The position numbers and the translations under genes are program-made. 64,000 nucleotides of DNA from UHGV virus genome UHGV-0073881. One strand, written 5' to 3'. The notes beneath the pieces are model-generated. The model saw nothing but the letters and a program-made list of their open reading frames with translations. It ran no database searches and had not been told where the DNA came from. Shown one piece after another: positions 22,870 to 32,168 of the stretch. The DNA is from a virus. Within the stretch, counting starts at the first letter, position 1. Each line of letters opens with the position of its first letter.

Positions 22870-23213
22870 TTGATATCCTCATTTTTAAAAGTGAATGTTG
22901 TGTAGATAGTACCTTCAACATCTAACCAGATAGCAGTGGCATCCACACCATCAAGGTTATTGAAAAGTTCTTTGATGAACGAGTTACGAATATCCTTTGC
23001 ACAGGTTGTCTCAAGTTTAATGTTTGAGATTGCTGAACCAATTGCCATATAGCCTTTGACACGATTCTTCTCAGAATGCTTGATATCACCTTTCTGTAGT
23101 TTAGCAATCATCTCTACAAGAATCTCATGCCCCCATACCTTCTCAGCCTCTGTAGGCTTACTATAAAAACCAATTGCAAAGTTACCTTTAAAGATTGCAT
23201 TTTCACGTTTCAT
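22854..23213 (-). CDS. hypothetical protein
   Basis: 119-aa ORF in the co-oriented early cluster. Confidence 0.45.
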   Translation of the reverse strand: MKRENAIFKGNFAIGFYSKPTEAEKVWGHEILVEMIAKLQKGDIKHSEKNRVKGYMAIGSAISNIKLETTCAKDIRNSFIKELFNNLDGVDATAIWLDVEGTIYTTFTFKNEDIKCLFP

Positions 23214-23214
23214 A

Positions 23215-23514
23215 CTAATCTACCTTACTTAAGTTGAAGTTTAAGCCAAGTTTATCACAAACACTAATCATGTAGTCAAGAGATACTTTCCCACTACCAT
23301 TCAGGATGTTTGAGACTCTGGCTTGAGATATTTCACAAATCTTTGCTACCTGAATCTGTGAAAGGTTGTTTCTTTTCATGTGTATGTTTAACTTTTTAGA
23401 GATGTAAAACTTCATCTCATCAACATCCATTCCTGCTATATAAGCTTCCATTTCGGCCTCTCTATCTGCCTCCCAATCATCTTGAGGTGCATAAGGGTCA
23501 AAGATACTATTCAT
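23215..23514 (-). CDS. helix-turn-helix DNA-binding protein (XRE-like)
   Basis: 99 aa; C-terminal half matches an HTH pattern (LSQIQVAKICEISQARVSNILNG). Confidence 0.55.
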   Translation of the reverse strand: MNSIFDPYAPQDDWEADREAEMEAYIAGMDVDEMKFYISKKLNIHMKRNNLSQIQVAKICEISQARVSNILNGSGKVSLDYMISVCDKLGLNFNLSKVD

Positions 23515-23710
23515 CTTTCTTTCTCCGTTTACGAGAAGTGTCGATTAACGAATCAAGGTTAGTAGCTCTAACTTGTTCACGAGTACCATTGATGTAGTTA
23601 TCAAGGGACTCTACAACAGTGTTGAAGTCTTTAGCCCAAACTCTGTAAATAACTACGCCGTCATCGTCAATAACTTCACCATAGTCTACTCTACAGATAT
23701 TCTTCTTCAT
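23507..23710 (-). CDS. hypothetical protein
   Basis: 67-aa ORF coupled to neighbours. Confidence 0.4.
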   Translation of the reverse strand: MKKNICRVDYGEVIDDDGVVIYRVWAKDFNTVVESLDNYINGTREQVRATNLDSLIDTSRKRRKKDE

Positions 23711-24087
23711 TGTGGAAGACCCATGCAGTGACGGTTAATGATAAAGTGTTCAACACCGTCTAAAGCACCCTGAGAAACGTGCTCTTTCACAACTTCAATT
23801 TCAGTAATCTGCTCAGGGTTAAGAACGTCAATGTTTTCTGTAACCATCATATCAGAAACATCAAGGTAGTACTGCCCCATTGTGTGGTAATTGAAATCAA
23901 TTATCTTGTCAGTTAATTCAGAAACAGTGTCTTGAGAAATCGGCTTTGTCAATTCTCCAGCTTTAGAAACAACCTTTTGAGCAACCTGACAAGCTTCTAC
24001 TCTGACGTTGTTGTAATCAATCTTTGGCATATCTGCATAAGCATTGAAGCTTAGTGCGGCAAAGATACATAGTACAATCTTTTTCAT
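23707..24087 (-). CDS. secreted/periplasmic hypothetical protein
   Basis: 126 aa with N-terminal signal peptide MKKIVLCIFAALSFNAYA (A-x-A cleavage-like site). Confidence 0.5.
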   Translation of the reverse strand: MKKIVLCIFAALSFNAYADMPKIDYNNVRVEACQVAQKVVSKAGELTKPISQDTVSELTDKIIDFNYHTMGQYYLDVSDMMVTENIDVLNPEQITEIEVVKEHVSQGALDGVEHFIINRHCMGLPQ

Positions 24088-24179
24088 AACTTACTCCTAT
24101 ATAATATTTTGTATACCTACGAGTATAAAAATAAGCTATAACACCTGACTTGTCAACAGATTTTATAGCTTATTTGGCA

Positions 24180-24450
24180 GATTTTTTATAAAGCTACTGC
24201 CATCCTTCCATACCTTACCACACAAGACCAAACCATGCCGTACTCCACTTCACAGGACCAAGCATCACTTAAAAATCCTCTTAGAAGACTCTTAAGTGAT
24301 GCAATCGAATTTTAATGTAGCTCCGATTAACTACCCATACCTGACCGAACCTTACCGAGCCTTACCAGACACTACAGAACAGGACCGCACCGCACCTCAT
24401 TAAAAGACCCTCTTTAAAGACCTTTTAATAAGGAGCCTCCGAAGAGGCTA
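24180..24450. repeat. non-coding modular repeat region A
   Basis: no ORF of 60 aa or more; + strand strongly G-poor; shares modules with region B: 11-bp inverted repeat 24262-24302, covarying hairpin 24303-24340, box 24393-24430, short direct repeats CCTTACC and ACCGC; hairpin AGCCTC-CGAA-GAGGCT at 24431-24446. Confidence 0.6.
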
Positions 24451-24460
24451 CCTAGTCAAC

Positions 24461-24901
24461 TTAGAAGGGTTTTCTACGTTGCTTGTTAATATTAGCTTTC
24501 ATAGCAGCTAAGTGGTTTTGCTGTTCAATCAGTCGTGAACGTTCTTGATGGCTAAGTGTCATAGTGTTCACATTCTCAATTGCTTGAGTGGCTTGTTTTA
24601 AAGCACGACCAATCTTACCAGACATTTTACGTTTTGCAATAGTTGCTTGATGTTTTGGCTCAACTACTCGATAACCGACACCCATTGAAGCAACCAGATA
24701 AATCTTCTCTTCTTTAAGAAGCTTCTCAATAAACTTCTCAAGTCGATTTAGGCGTGTAAGTGCGTAAGCCTTCATTTCATCTTCGTACTTAACAATGTCA
24801 CCTTGATAAGTTGGCTTCACAATACCTAAGAAGGTGTCCATCTCAGAATGTGATACGGTGTCACCGTAACTAAACTTTGCTGCTAATGCTTTTGTATTCA
24901 T
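24461..24901 (-). CDS. hypothetical protein (cassette gene 2)
   Basis: 146 aa with basic C-terminus; flanked by the repeat regions. Confidence 0.5.
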   Translation of the reverse strand: MNTKALAAKFSYGDTVSHSEMDTFLGIVKPTYQGDIVKYEDEMKAYALTRLNRLEKFIEKLLKEEKIYLVASMGVGYRVVEPKHQATIAKRKMSGKIGRALKQATQAIENVNTMTLSHQERSRLIEQQNHLAAMKANINKQRRKPF

Positions 24902-24903
24902 AA

Positions 24904-25509
<606 letters not shown>

Positions 25510-25559
25510 TTAGTTGATTGTTAAGTTGTTTGTAAAGAACCCTCAACAGAAGACTCTTT

Positions 25560-25840
25560 AGAAACTTGGTAGATTTTTAACGTGGCTACTACCATCCACC
25601 CATATCATACCAAACCTGACCAAATCTTACCGCACCCAACATCGCCTAACCTTACCACACCTCATTAAAAGACCCTGTTTAAAGACCTTTTAAAAAGGTA
25701 AGTCTCATTTTAATGTAGCTGAGACTAACTACCCATACTAAACCTCACCGCACCTCACCGAGCCGCGCATTACCAAACCAGACCAAACCTTGCCTCACAT
25801 CACTTAAAAATCCTCTTAGAAGACTCTTAAGTGATGCTGG
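25560..25840. repeat. non-coding modular repeat region B
   Basis: G-poor + strand; same modules as region A in a different order: box 25658-25698, covarying hairpin 25701-25740, inverted repeat 25798-25837, direct repeats CCTCACCG and ACCAAACC. Confidence 0.6.
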
Positions 25841-25900
25841 TGAGTACCCGTTGGTTTATGCTGCTTAGTATACTCACCAAATTTTCTAGGTCAACAACTT

Positions 25901-27004
25901 TTATTCATAGTCTCGAATAACTAACCCAACAGGGAACTGTAAAGACCCCTTGCGAGTCATCTTCTGGAACTGAACCGTTAAAGGTTTCCCGATAAACTCT
26001 TCAGGGTGTTCAGCAAGATACTGTTTCTTCTCATGGGTAGTTTTCCATGAAACATCTACAAAGACATTTGGAAGTGTCTCTACAACAAACTTACCATGAC
26101 CCCGCTTATCGGTCTTCACACCAGTAATTTTAAACTCCTCTGTGTGCATCTTCTTATGTTTAATCAGGAAGTATGAACGGTGACCACACTCATAGAAGGA
26201 CTCTGGAGAGATTGAGCGGTACATTGCACCTTCAAACTTAGCTTCAACCCACTTATCATGAGCTTCATCAAACTCTTCCCAAGAATTTACACGACGAGAT
26301 TTAACAGGGACAACTCTACAGCCATCTCTAAAGTCATTCAATGGTGAAGTCTCAATAATACTTCTACGCTCAGGCCATGTCTTAGTGCTGTCACAGATAT
26401 CATACCAGTAAAACTTGAGTAAATGTCGGTCAGGATTGTCTTCATTTTTAATCATGGAGACAATATCTTCTAAGTCCAACCCATGAGCATAGATTTCACC
26501 ATCAAATTCATCAACGTCTTTATGGAGCCTCAACATTGCCATAATGTCAGGTATTAGCTCAGTAGGAATTTTATAAATAGTGTTCTCACGAGAATATGCT
26601 GTAAATACACTGCCAATACTTAAGTGTCTTGAAATCCTACAACGTACACCATCCAGTTTTGGTTGAGCATCAGCAGGAAATTTCAGATACTTTGCATGAC
26701 TAACCTTTGCAGCATCATGAGCAAGCTGTACACCTACCTTCTCAGTATTCTGTGCAGACTCTTTTGTGTAAGCGTAACCTTTACGGTCTACTTGTTTCTT
26801 GTACTTAGCAGAAACTTCAAAGAGAGCTTGCTGTTCAGCATTACGCTCATTCTTTTTACCGATGTTCTTAGGCTCTGCTGTGTACTCTTCAAACATCATC
26901 TTGCCATTTTCTTTACCGTAGGTTGTAACCACCTTATCACCTACAGCAACACACGACCAAACGTTAAAAGAGCCATCTTTATTTTGTTTGTACAGAATTG
27001 TCAT
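25901..27004 (-). CDS. ATP-dependent DNA ligase
   Basis: 367 aa with adenylation motif KxDGxR (PKLDGVRC) and a ligase-like downstream region. Confidence 0.85.
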   Translation of the reverse strand: MTILYKQNKDGSFNVWSCVAVGDKVVTTYGKENGKMMFEEYTAEPKNIGKKNERNAEQQALFEVSAKYKKQVDRKGYAYTKESAQNTEKVGVQLAHDAAKVSHAKYLKFPADAQPKLDGVRCRISRHLSIGSVFTAYSRENTIYKIPTELIPDIMAMLRLHKDVDEFDGEIYAHGLDLEDIVSMIKNEDNPDRHLLKFYWYDICDSTKTWPERRSIIETSPLNDFRDGCRVVPVKSRRVNSWEEFDEAHDKWVEAKFEGAMYRSISPESFYECGHRSYFLIKHKKMHTEEFKITGVKTDKRGHGKFVVETLPNVFVDVSWKTTHEKKQYLAEHPEEFIGKPLTVQFQKMTRKGSLQFPVGLVIRDYE

Positions 27005-27207
27005 TTTCTCTTACCACCAATCTCTACGTCGATAACTTGAGTGTCTCCACAAACATCAAACTTGTGAATGACATTTTCTACAGTGTAAGTCCAACCATCA
27101 ATCCTTACCCACTCACCTTCTCGTGGTACGATAGGGTTACGTTGGGCAACTGTAGTAGTTGAGTGTATAACGTCATATAGGTGAATAAAGTTTACCAGTA
27201 CTTGCAT
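27001..27207 (-). CDS. hypothetical protein
   Basis: track ORF 27001..27258 overlaps the upstream lipoprotein gene by 50 nt; internal Met at 27207 starts right after that stop codon. Confidence 0.4.
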   Translation of the reverse strand: MQVLVNFIHLYDVIHSTTTVAQRNPIVPREGEWVRIDGWTYTVENVIHKFDVCGDTQVIDVEIGGKRK

Positions 27208-27208
27208 C

Positions 27209-27454
27209 TTAATATCCTTCGTCAATAACGGTGATGTGTTGAGTGCTTGACTTACCATACCTGTAAGAAGTTGTTGTCTGTGAATTTGGGCAACGGACTA
27301 CTATTAAGTCATATTTAAATGTTGACCAATTAAGTTTGTATATTGAACAATCTCTCATCTCTGGAGGTAACTCATAGCTACTGTCTTGTTTGTCATAACT
27401 TGGGTTACAGCCAGTTAGAAAAAGCACTCCAAGTGCAATGATTGTTTTCCACAT
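27209..27454 (-). CDS. small lipoprotein
   Basis: 81 aa; signal peptide plus lipobox-like LTGC (MWKTIIALGVLFLTGC); three further Cys. Confidence 0.55.
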   Translation of the reverse strand: MWKTIIALGVLFLTGCNPSYDKQDSSYELPPEMRDCSIYKLNWSTFKYDLIVVRCPNSQTTTSYRYGKSSTQHITVIDEGY

Positions 27455-27675
27455 AGTTGATTTCCTTTTTCACAGTTTTCTTCGTAACCTTCTTGGACGG
27501 TCTTGTAAAGTTCCTTGAAAGTTTCTTCTTTCACTGGCTCTACAGACTTTGTTTTACACAAGTCCAAGTACCATTGATAGTCTAACCCACGACACCATGC
27601 TTCAGACACAAAAGAAATCTGAGGGTTTATGTTTCGGATTATTGCTAAACCAGCTTCTTCTTTACTGCTCATCAA
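27415..27675 (-). CDS. hypothetical protein
   Basis: 86-aa ORF with several cysteines. Confidence 0.4.
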   Translation of the reverse strand: MMSSKEEAGLAIIRNINPQISFVSEAWCRGLDYQWYLDLCKTKSVEPVKEETFKELYKTVQEGYEENCEKGNQLCGKQSLHLECFF

Positions 27676-27801
27676 ACTTAACCTCTCTAAAAGTTCTTAA
27701 GTAATATAGTTTGTAGTAAACTATTTCGCAACTACGAACGTTTGTTTTCAAAAGGTTCCAATCAAAACCTTCACCCATACTTCCCCAGATGCTGTAGAGC
27801 T

Positions 27802-28005
27802 TCACTGTAAAATGCTCCATCCAGTTTTCTGCCAATCACACCCACGATACCATGTAGCCATTGGGTAACCCATTTCACAGACAATCTTCCCATCTTTCAT
27901 TTCGAAGAACTCATCAGATGTGAAATTTTCATTACGTACTTTGTGACCACTCTTCATGGCTTCAATAGCTTCTTCATAAGTCATTTTGATTTCTCCAATA
28001 CTCAA
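27802..28005 (-). CDS. hypothetical small phage protein
   Basis: 67-aa ORF; pattern EAIEAMKSGHKVR resembles a small protein family common in phages (from memory, unverified). Confidence 0.4.
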   Translation of the reverse strand: MSIGEIKMTYEEAIEAMKSGHKVRNENFTSDEFFEMKDGKIVCEMGYPMATWYRGCDWQKTGWSILQ

Positions 28006-28214
28006 AAGTTAATGTCAATGCGTTCACCCTTAAGGACTCCAGTGTGGTCTTTTGCAATCTTACCATCAACAATAAGGATATGTGCAAACCTTAAAGAGTC
28101 ACGATTAAAACCTTTTACGAACTTACTAGGCATCACTACAATAAGCATCTCCTGAATCAACTCTGGAGTATAGCAATTGTCGTGAAGTTGTTGGATAACG
28201 TCTGAAAGTGTCAT
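28002..28214 (-). CDS. hypothetical protein
   Basis: 70-aa ORF coupled to upstream ORF. Confidence 0.4.
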   Translation of the reverse strand: MTLSDVIQQLHDNCYTPELIQEMLIVVMPSKFVKGFNRDSLRFAHILIVDGKIAKDHTGVLKGERIDINF

Positions 28215-28265
28215 AAATCCTCCTATACAAGATATAGTATAAGGTACTCTTCCATGAGCACCTTG

Positions 28266-28778
28266 TCAACTTAGTTTTGCAAACTCTCCGTGGAGTTTCA
28301 TAGCAGCTTCACAGTAAGCTTCATGGGCTTCTTCAGGGGTGTCATACATCCCAAGATGATAATTCTTACCTTGTAAACGAATCATTGCCCTAAACCTTTT
28401 CCCTATCTTCTGTACACCTTTTGGTAAACCTGATATGGACTTTCTAGACCGATTGCAAGAGTTTTGTGAAGCCGTACAAACCCTCAAATTCAAATACCTA
28501 TTATCCCAACCATCACAATTCTTGTGGTCAACCTGTAAGGTTTTATCAGGTAGGTATCCATCCATATACAAGATAACTAAACGATTTGCTTGGTAACTCC
28601 TTCCATCAATCAGCAATTGGACAGACTTGTGACCATCAGTGTTTGTTCTGTAGTTTCCAGCCCTCTTACCTCCAAATCTAGAGTTAAAGTTTGCATTACC
28701 TTCTCTAAATTTCCAAGTAAAGACCCCTGTATCGGGGTCGTACTCTAAAAGCTCCTTTAAACGAATTTCTGTAATCAT
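28266..28778 (-). CDS. HNH homing endonuclease with AP2-like DNA-binding domain
   Basis: HNH motif (VDHKNCDGWDNRYLNLRVCTASQN) plus AP2-like C-terminus (GVQKIGKRFRAMIRLQGKNYHLGMYDTPEEAHEAY); paralogue of the ORF at 38356; start chosen at internal Met aligning with that paralogue (track start 28817 overlaps the polymerase). Confidence 0.65.
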   Translation of the reverse strand: MITEIRLKELLEYDPDTGVFTWKFREGNANFNSRFGGKRAGNYRTNTDGHKSVQLLIDGRSYQANRLVILYMDGYLPDKTLQVDHKNCDGWDNRYLNLRVCTASQNSCNRSRKSISGLPKGVQKIGKRFRAMIRLQGKNYHLGMYDTPEEAHEAYCEAAMKLHGEFAKLS

Positions 28779-28788
28779 TTCAACACCA

Positions 28789-31494
28789 TCAATGTACTTC
28801 CAACCAGCTCTTACCAACCTTACCAGTACCTGTAACCATAGTTTCTTTTCTTAGACCAAGGTTTTTAGAAGCCTGCCCGTACATCCAGTCAGTGATAGCT
28901 TTAACCTCTTGAGTCATACTTTCTGGACATTCCCAACTATTTTCATCGTGATATGCCAGAAGAAGTCTAGCTCCAATAGCTGGCTTACGTCCATTCAGCT
29001 TCATCAACCCTTCATCATAGGCTCTACGACATGCAAGGTTAATTGCTTCATTCTGTACTTGACTTTCTGAACCCATCAAAAGGTAATTTAACAGCTTGTG
29101 TGGAGACTTACACCATAACCAAGCTCCAGCAACCTTTACAAAACCCCCTTTAGAGATTGCAGCAGTCTTACCAAAGACCTCTTCAAGAGCCTTCTTAGTC
29201 GCTTTAAAGTCAGCTTCTAAGTTATCAATCAGTTTCTTAATCTTCGGCAAACGAACGAAGTAAGTCTGTTTAGTCAATGCACCCTCCTGAGTAGTTGCTG
29301 CTTTAATGGTCTTAGCAAACTTCTCATCCCCTGCACCAAACAGCAGTGCATAGATGCCATTCTTAGCTTTCTTACGACCTTTACTGATTTCGTGAAGAAG
29401 ATTTTCATCCTGAGTCATACGACAAGTCAAGATATCCTGCTCATCATTCAAGCTGAAGTAGATACTGTTCAGTGTGTGAGCATCAGTGCCTGAGTAAACT
29501 ACGTACAAGTCGTTTTCAGAGTCATAACGCAGATACTTGTCAACCTCTGGATTCAGGTATTCGTCAAAGTGTTTGCAGTAGTAGCGACCATCTTCTTGAC
29601 GAACAAATTCAATCTCTTCTTTACCTTCGGTTACCGCTTTGGTGAACTCTTTATCACCCATAAAGTTACACAGTAAAACAAGCTGTGCAGAGTTCATATC
29701 CACAGAGACTACGTTGGTTCCCTTCTCACAAATCCAAACTGCCCTCATTGGTTCACCATAAACAGCAGCACCGGAAGGTACGTTTACAATACCATACTGT
29801 GTCATACGTCCAGTGGATGTACCAAACACCATTGCACCAGCACTTAAACGACCATCTGGACGAATCTGATTCAACCAACCTTTCTCATCATCCTTTGAGT
29901 TCTCAATAGTTCTGCGTCGGTGCATCAAAGTATAGTACTTCGCAATCTTCTGCCCAAGTTCACCTTCGATAGTGTCATAAGAAGATTCAGTCAGTTTTGG
30001 TGAAGTACGAATCAAGCAAGGTTCAAGAACATCTGTGTATTTCTTCACAGACCAATTATGCTCGATGTACTGTACCCCTTCATGCTCAACGTAGTTTAAA
30101 CCACAACGTTCAACCATTTCATCCCACTTAGGATGTTTACGAATCATCTTCTTATTATCTTTGAAGCGACAAACCTTAACAGGACGACCATCTGAGTCTT
30201 TCTTGTAGTTCCAATCATCAGGAATCCAACCAACAGATTTCAGATACTCTTTAACTACTGCAACCTGAGTCATGCGTGAAACTTCAAACTCAATCGGTGT
30301 ATATGGTGCATCAATCAAACCCGTGTAACGACTTGACTCAAGTTCAAAGTGATTAACAACATGATTGTTGTAGTACTTGACAATCTTAACAGTTTTAACT
30401 GGCTTCCAATCTTTGCACTTCTTGTCAACCTTCGCATTTAGCTCATTACATACTGCACGAGCATCTTTCATTGCCACGAAACCTTCTTTGTACTCTTCTC
30501 CGGTTACCGTGTTAGTTGGTGTGTAGCAGTTACGTTTCTCTACGCTGAAAATCTTGGTAGTTGGTTTACCAAATGGCTTAATAGGATAACTTTGCATTTC
30601 CCCATTACGAACCTGCTGACGATACTTTGTCTTAGGATACTTGGTAATACGTTTCAAACCATCTGCTTCACCAAAAGTTTCAACATACTCATTCCAAGCT
30701 TTTGCAAATTCTTCACCAGTAACTTTCCCTTTTGTCTTGATAGTTGGTGGTAAGAATGGCTCAACCTCTGAAGCAAGGTCAGCAGTCATCTTATCAAGTT
30801 CTTTAACACAACTCTTCATCATGTTAATGTCAGCTTTCCAACCATTGATAGCTTGCTGGCTCATCCAGAAAGATGTTTCTTTAGCTCGCATGTAGGTTTC
30901 GTAGGTATCCACACCACACTTCTTCAGCTTCACATACTCATTATCAAGAGCACGTTTAGTTTTGGCGTTGATTCGAATATCTTCAACAACACGAGTTAAG
31001 ATTTCAGCGTTCCAAACTCCCCACTCTTCAATCTCAGGCTTACGGACACCAACACGAGCACCCCATGCAGCCAAACCATGAGAACCCTTGTAACCTTTCG
31101 GTGTAGGTCTATCCATCCACTGAACACGAGATTGGATAAGTGAATCTTGGAAGAAATTACTCCAAGGCTTACATTTAGGGTTATCAAAGTTCCACAGGTC
31201 AGGTGCAATGTGGTTGAACACCCACCAGTCATAACCAAGACCGTTGTGAATGCAAAGACGTTTCGCCTTTAAAGCAAACTCAACACCCTCTCTTAAGCCA
31301 CCCTTGATATACTTGGTGTACTTGTGACCAAGAATAGGCTCATCAGTGAATACCCACACAGGTGGTTCATCACTGTCATCTTTGTAATCTGCAAAAGCCA
31401 TTACGTGAGCTTTAGTGAACTCAAGCAGCAATCCGTCAGTTTCTGTATCGCCTACCAGATGCAAATTTTTAAAGTCTACGTTTTCCATTTTCAC
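28789..31494 (-). CDS. DNA polymerase, family A, with 3'-5' exonuclease domain
   Basis: 901 aa; Exo I-like DTETDGL; motif B-like KNGIYALLFGAG; motif C HDE (LAYHDENSWE). Confidence 0.9.
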   Translation of the reverse strand: MKMENVDFKNLHLVGDTETDGLLLEFTKAHVMAFADYKDDSDEPPVWVFTDEPILGHKYTKYIKGGLREGVEFALKAKRLCIHNGLGYDWWVFNHIAPDLWNFDNPKCKPWSNFFQDSLIQSRVQWMDRPTPKGYKGSHGLAAWGARVGVRKPEIEEWGVWNAEILTRVVEDIRINAKTKRALDNEYVKLKKCGVDTYETYMRAKETSFWMSQQAINGWKADINMMKSCVKELDKMTADLASEVEPFLPPTIKTKGKVTGEEFAKAWNEYVETFGEADGLKRITKYPKTKYRQQVRNGEMQSYPIKPFGKPTTKIFSVEKRNCYTPTNTVTGEEYKEGFVAMKDARAVCNELNAKVDKKCKDWKPVKTVKIVKYYNNHVVNHFELESSRYTGLIDAPYTPIEFEVSRMTQVAVVKEYLKSVGWIPDDWNYKKDSDGRPVKVCRFKDNKKMIRKHPKWDEMVERCGLNYVEHEGVQYIEHNWSVKKYTDVLEPCLIRTSPKLTESSYDTIEGELGQKIAKYYTLMHRRRTIENSKDDEKGWLNQIRPDGRLSAGAMVFGTSTGRMTQYGIVNVPSGAAVYGEPMRAVWICEKGTNVVSVDMNSAQLVLLCNFMGDKEFTKAVTEGKEEIEFVRQEDGRYYCKHFDEYLNPEVDKYLRYDSENDLYVVYSGTDAHTLNSIYFSLNDEQDILTCRMTQDENLLHEISKGRKKAKNGIYALLFGAGDEKFAKTIKAATTQEGALTKQTYFVRLPKIKKLIDNLEADFKATKKALEEVFGKTAAISKGGFVKVAGAWLWCKSPHKLLNYLLMGSESQVQNEAINLACRRAYDEGLMKLNGRKPAIGARLLLAYHDENSWECPESMTQEVKAITDWMYGQASKNLGLRKETMVTGTGKVGKSWLEVH

Positions 31495-31744
31495 TCCCTC
31501 TCAAACATATGACTCCATACCTTACTGCAAAACGACACAAAAAGCAAGTTGACAAATAACTTGACAGGGTGTTAGTCTTGTATGCAGTGGGTTTTAACTT
31601 AAAAGACTCCCTTTACAGATTAACTATACAGATTCTTTAAAACCCTTAAAAGATTTTAATAGCTTTTAAAAAGCTTTAAAGTATTACGTATAGAATACGT
31701 AAAGAAAGAGATTAAGACTTAATAGAAACTATAAAGAGGCTGCC
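31495..31744. promoter_or_regulatory. divergent intergenic control region
   Basis: 250-bp AT-rich gap between the - strand polymerase gene and + strand genes; tandem TTGACA hexamers at 31549 and 31561; perfect inverted repeat TACGTAT-aga-ATACGTA at 31686-31702. Confidence 0.4.
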
Positions 31745-32167
31745 ATGCAGAGAATGTTTGTTCACCCTGACGTAGCAAATTTCCTAAAAGCTTTGGAGAA
31801 GTTAGAAGAACTTGACATAGCTGCTCAGAAGGAATATGCTTACCATCATCGTCGAATGGTTGATGTTCAACACGAAATAGAACTTTCAGAAGGTTACGAC
31901 GAAGATTTGAAATGCTCTGTTTTCGAGCATATGAAAGAGATTGCTTCTGATAGGCGTAAAGCAAAAGATACATGTTTTTTGATAGATGCCTTAAAAAAGA
32001 AGTTGCAAAGTGGAACAGACTTGTGTAGTCTAGCAACACTTCTTCAGGATGTTGAGAGTTCTTGGGACAGACATTACTTCCCAAGGTCTGAAAAGACACT
32101 TGACTTCTCTTCACCGGAAGGATTAAAATTATCACGACTTACATTAAACAAAATGAGAGAGAAATAA
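31745..32167 (+). CDS. hypothetical protein
   Basis: 140-aa ORF; + strand chosen over the overlapping antisense ORF 31719..32135 because it is co-oriented and coupled with downstream genes. Confidence 0.45.
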   Translation: MQRMFVHPDVANFLKALEKLEELDIAAQKEYAYHHRRMVDVQHEIELSEGYDEDLKCSVFEHMKEIASDRRKAKDTCFLIDALKKKLQSGTDLCSLATLLQDVESSWDRHYFPRSEKTLDFSSPEGLKLSRLTLNKMREK

Positions 32168-32168
32168 T

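Noticed and set aside
31719-32135. 138-aa - strand ORF overlapping the + strand ORF 31745..32167
   Set aside because: Only one can be real; the + strand ORF is co-oriented and coupled with the downstream block, whereas the - strand ORF would start inside the divergent control region without an RBS.
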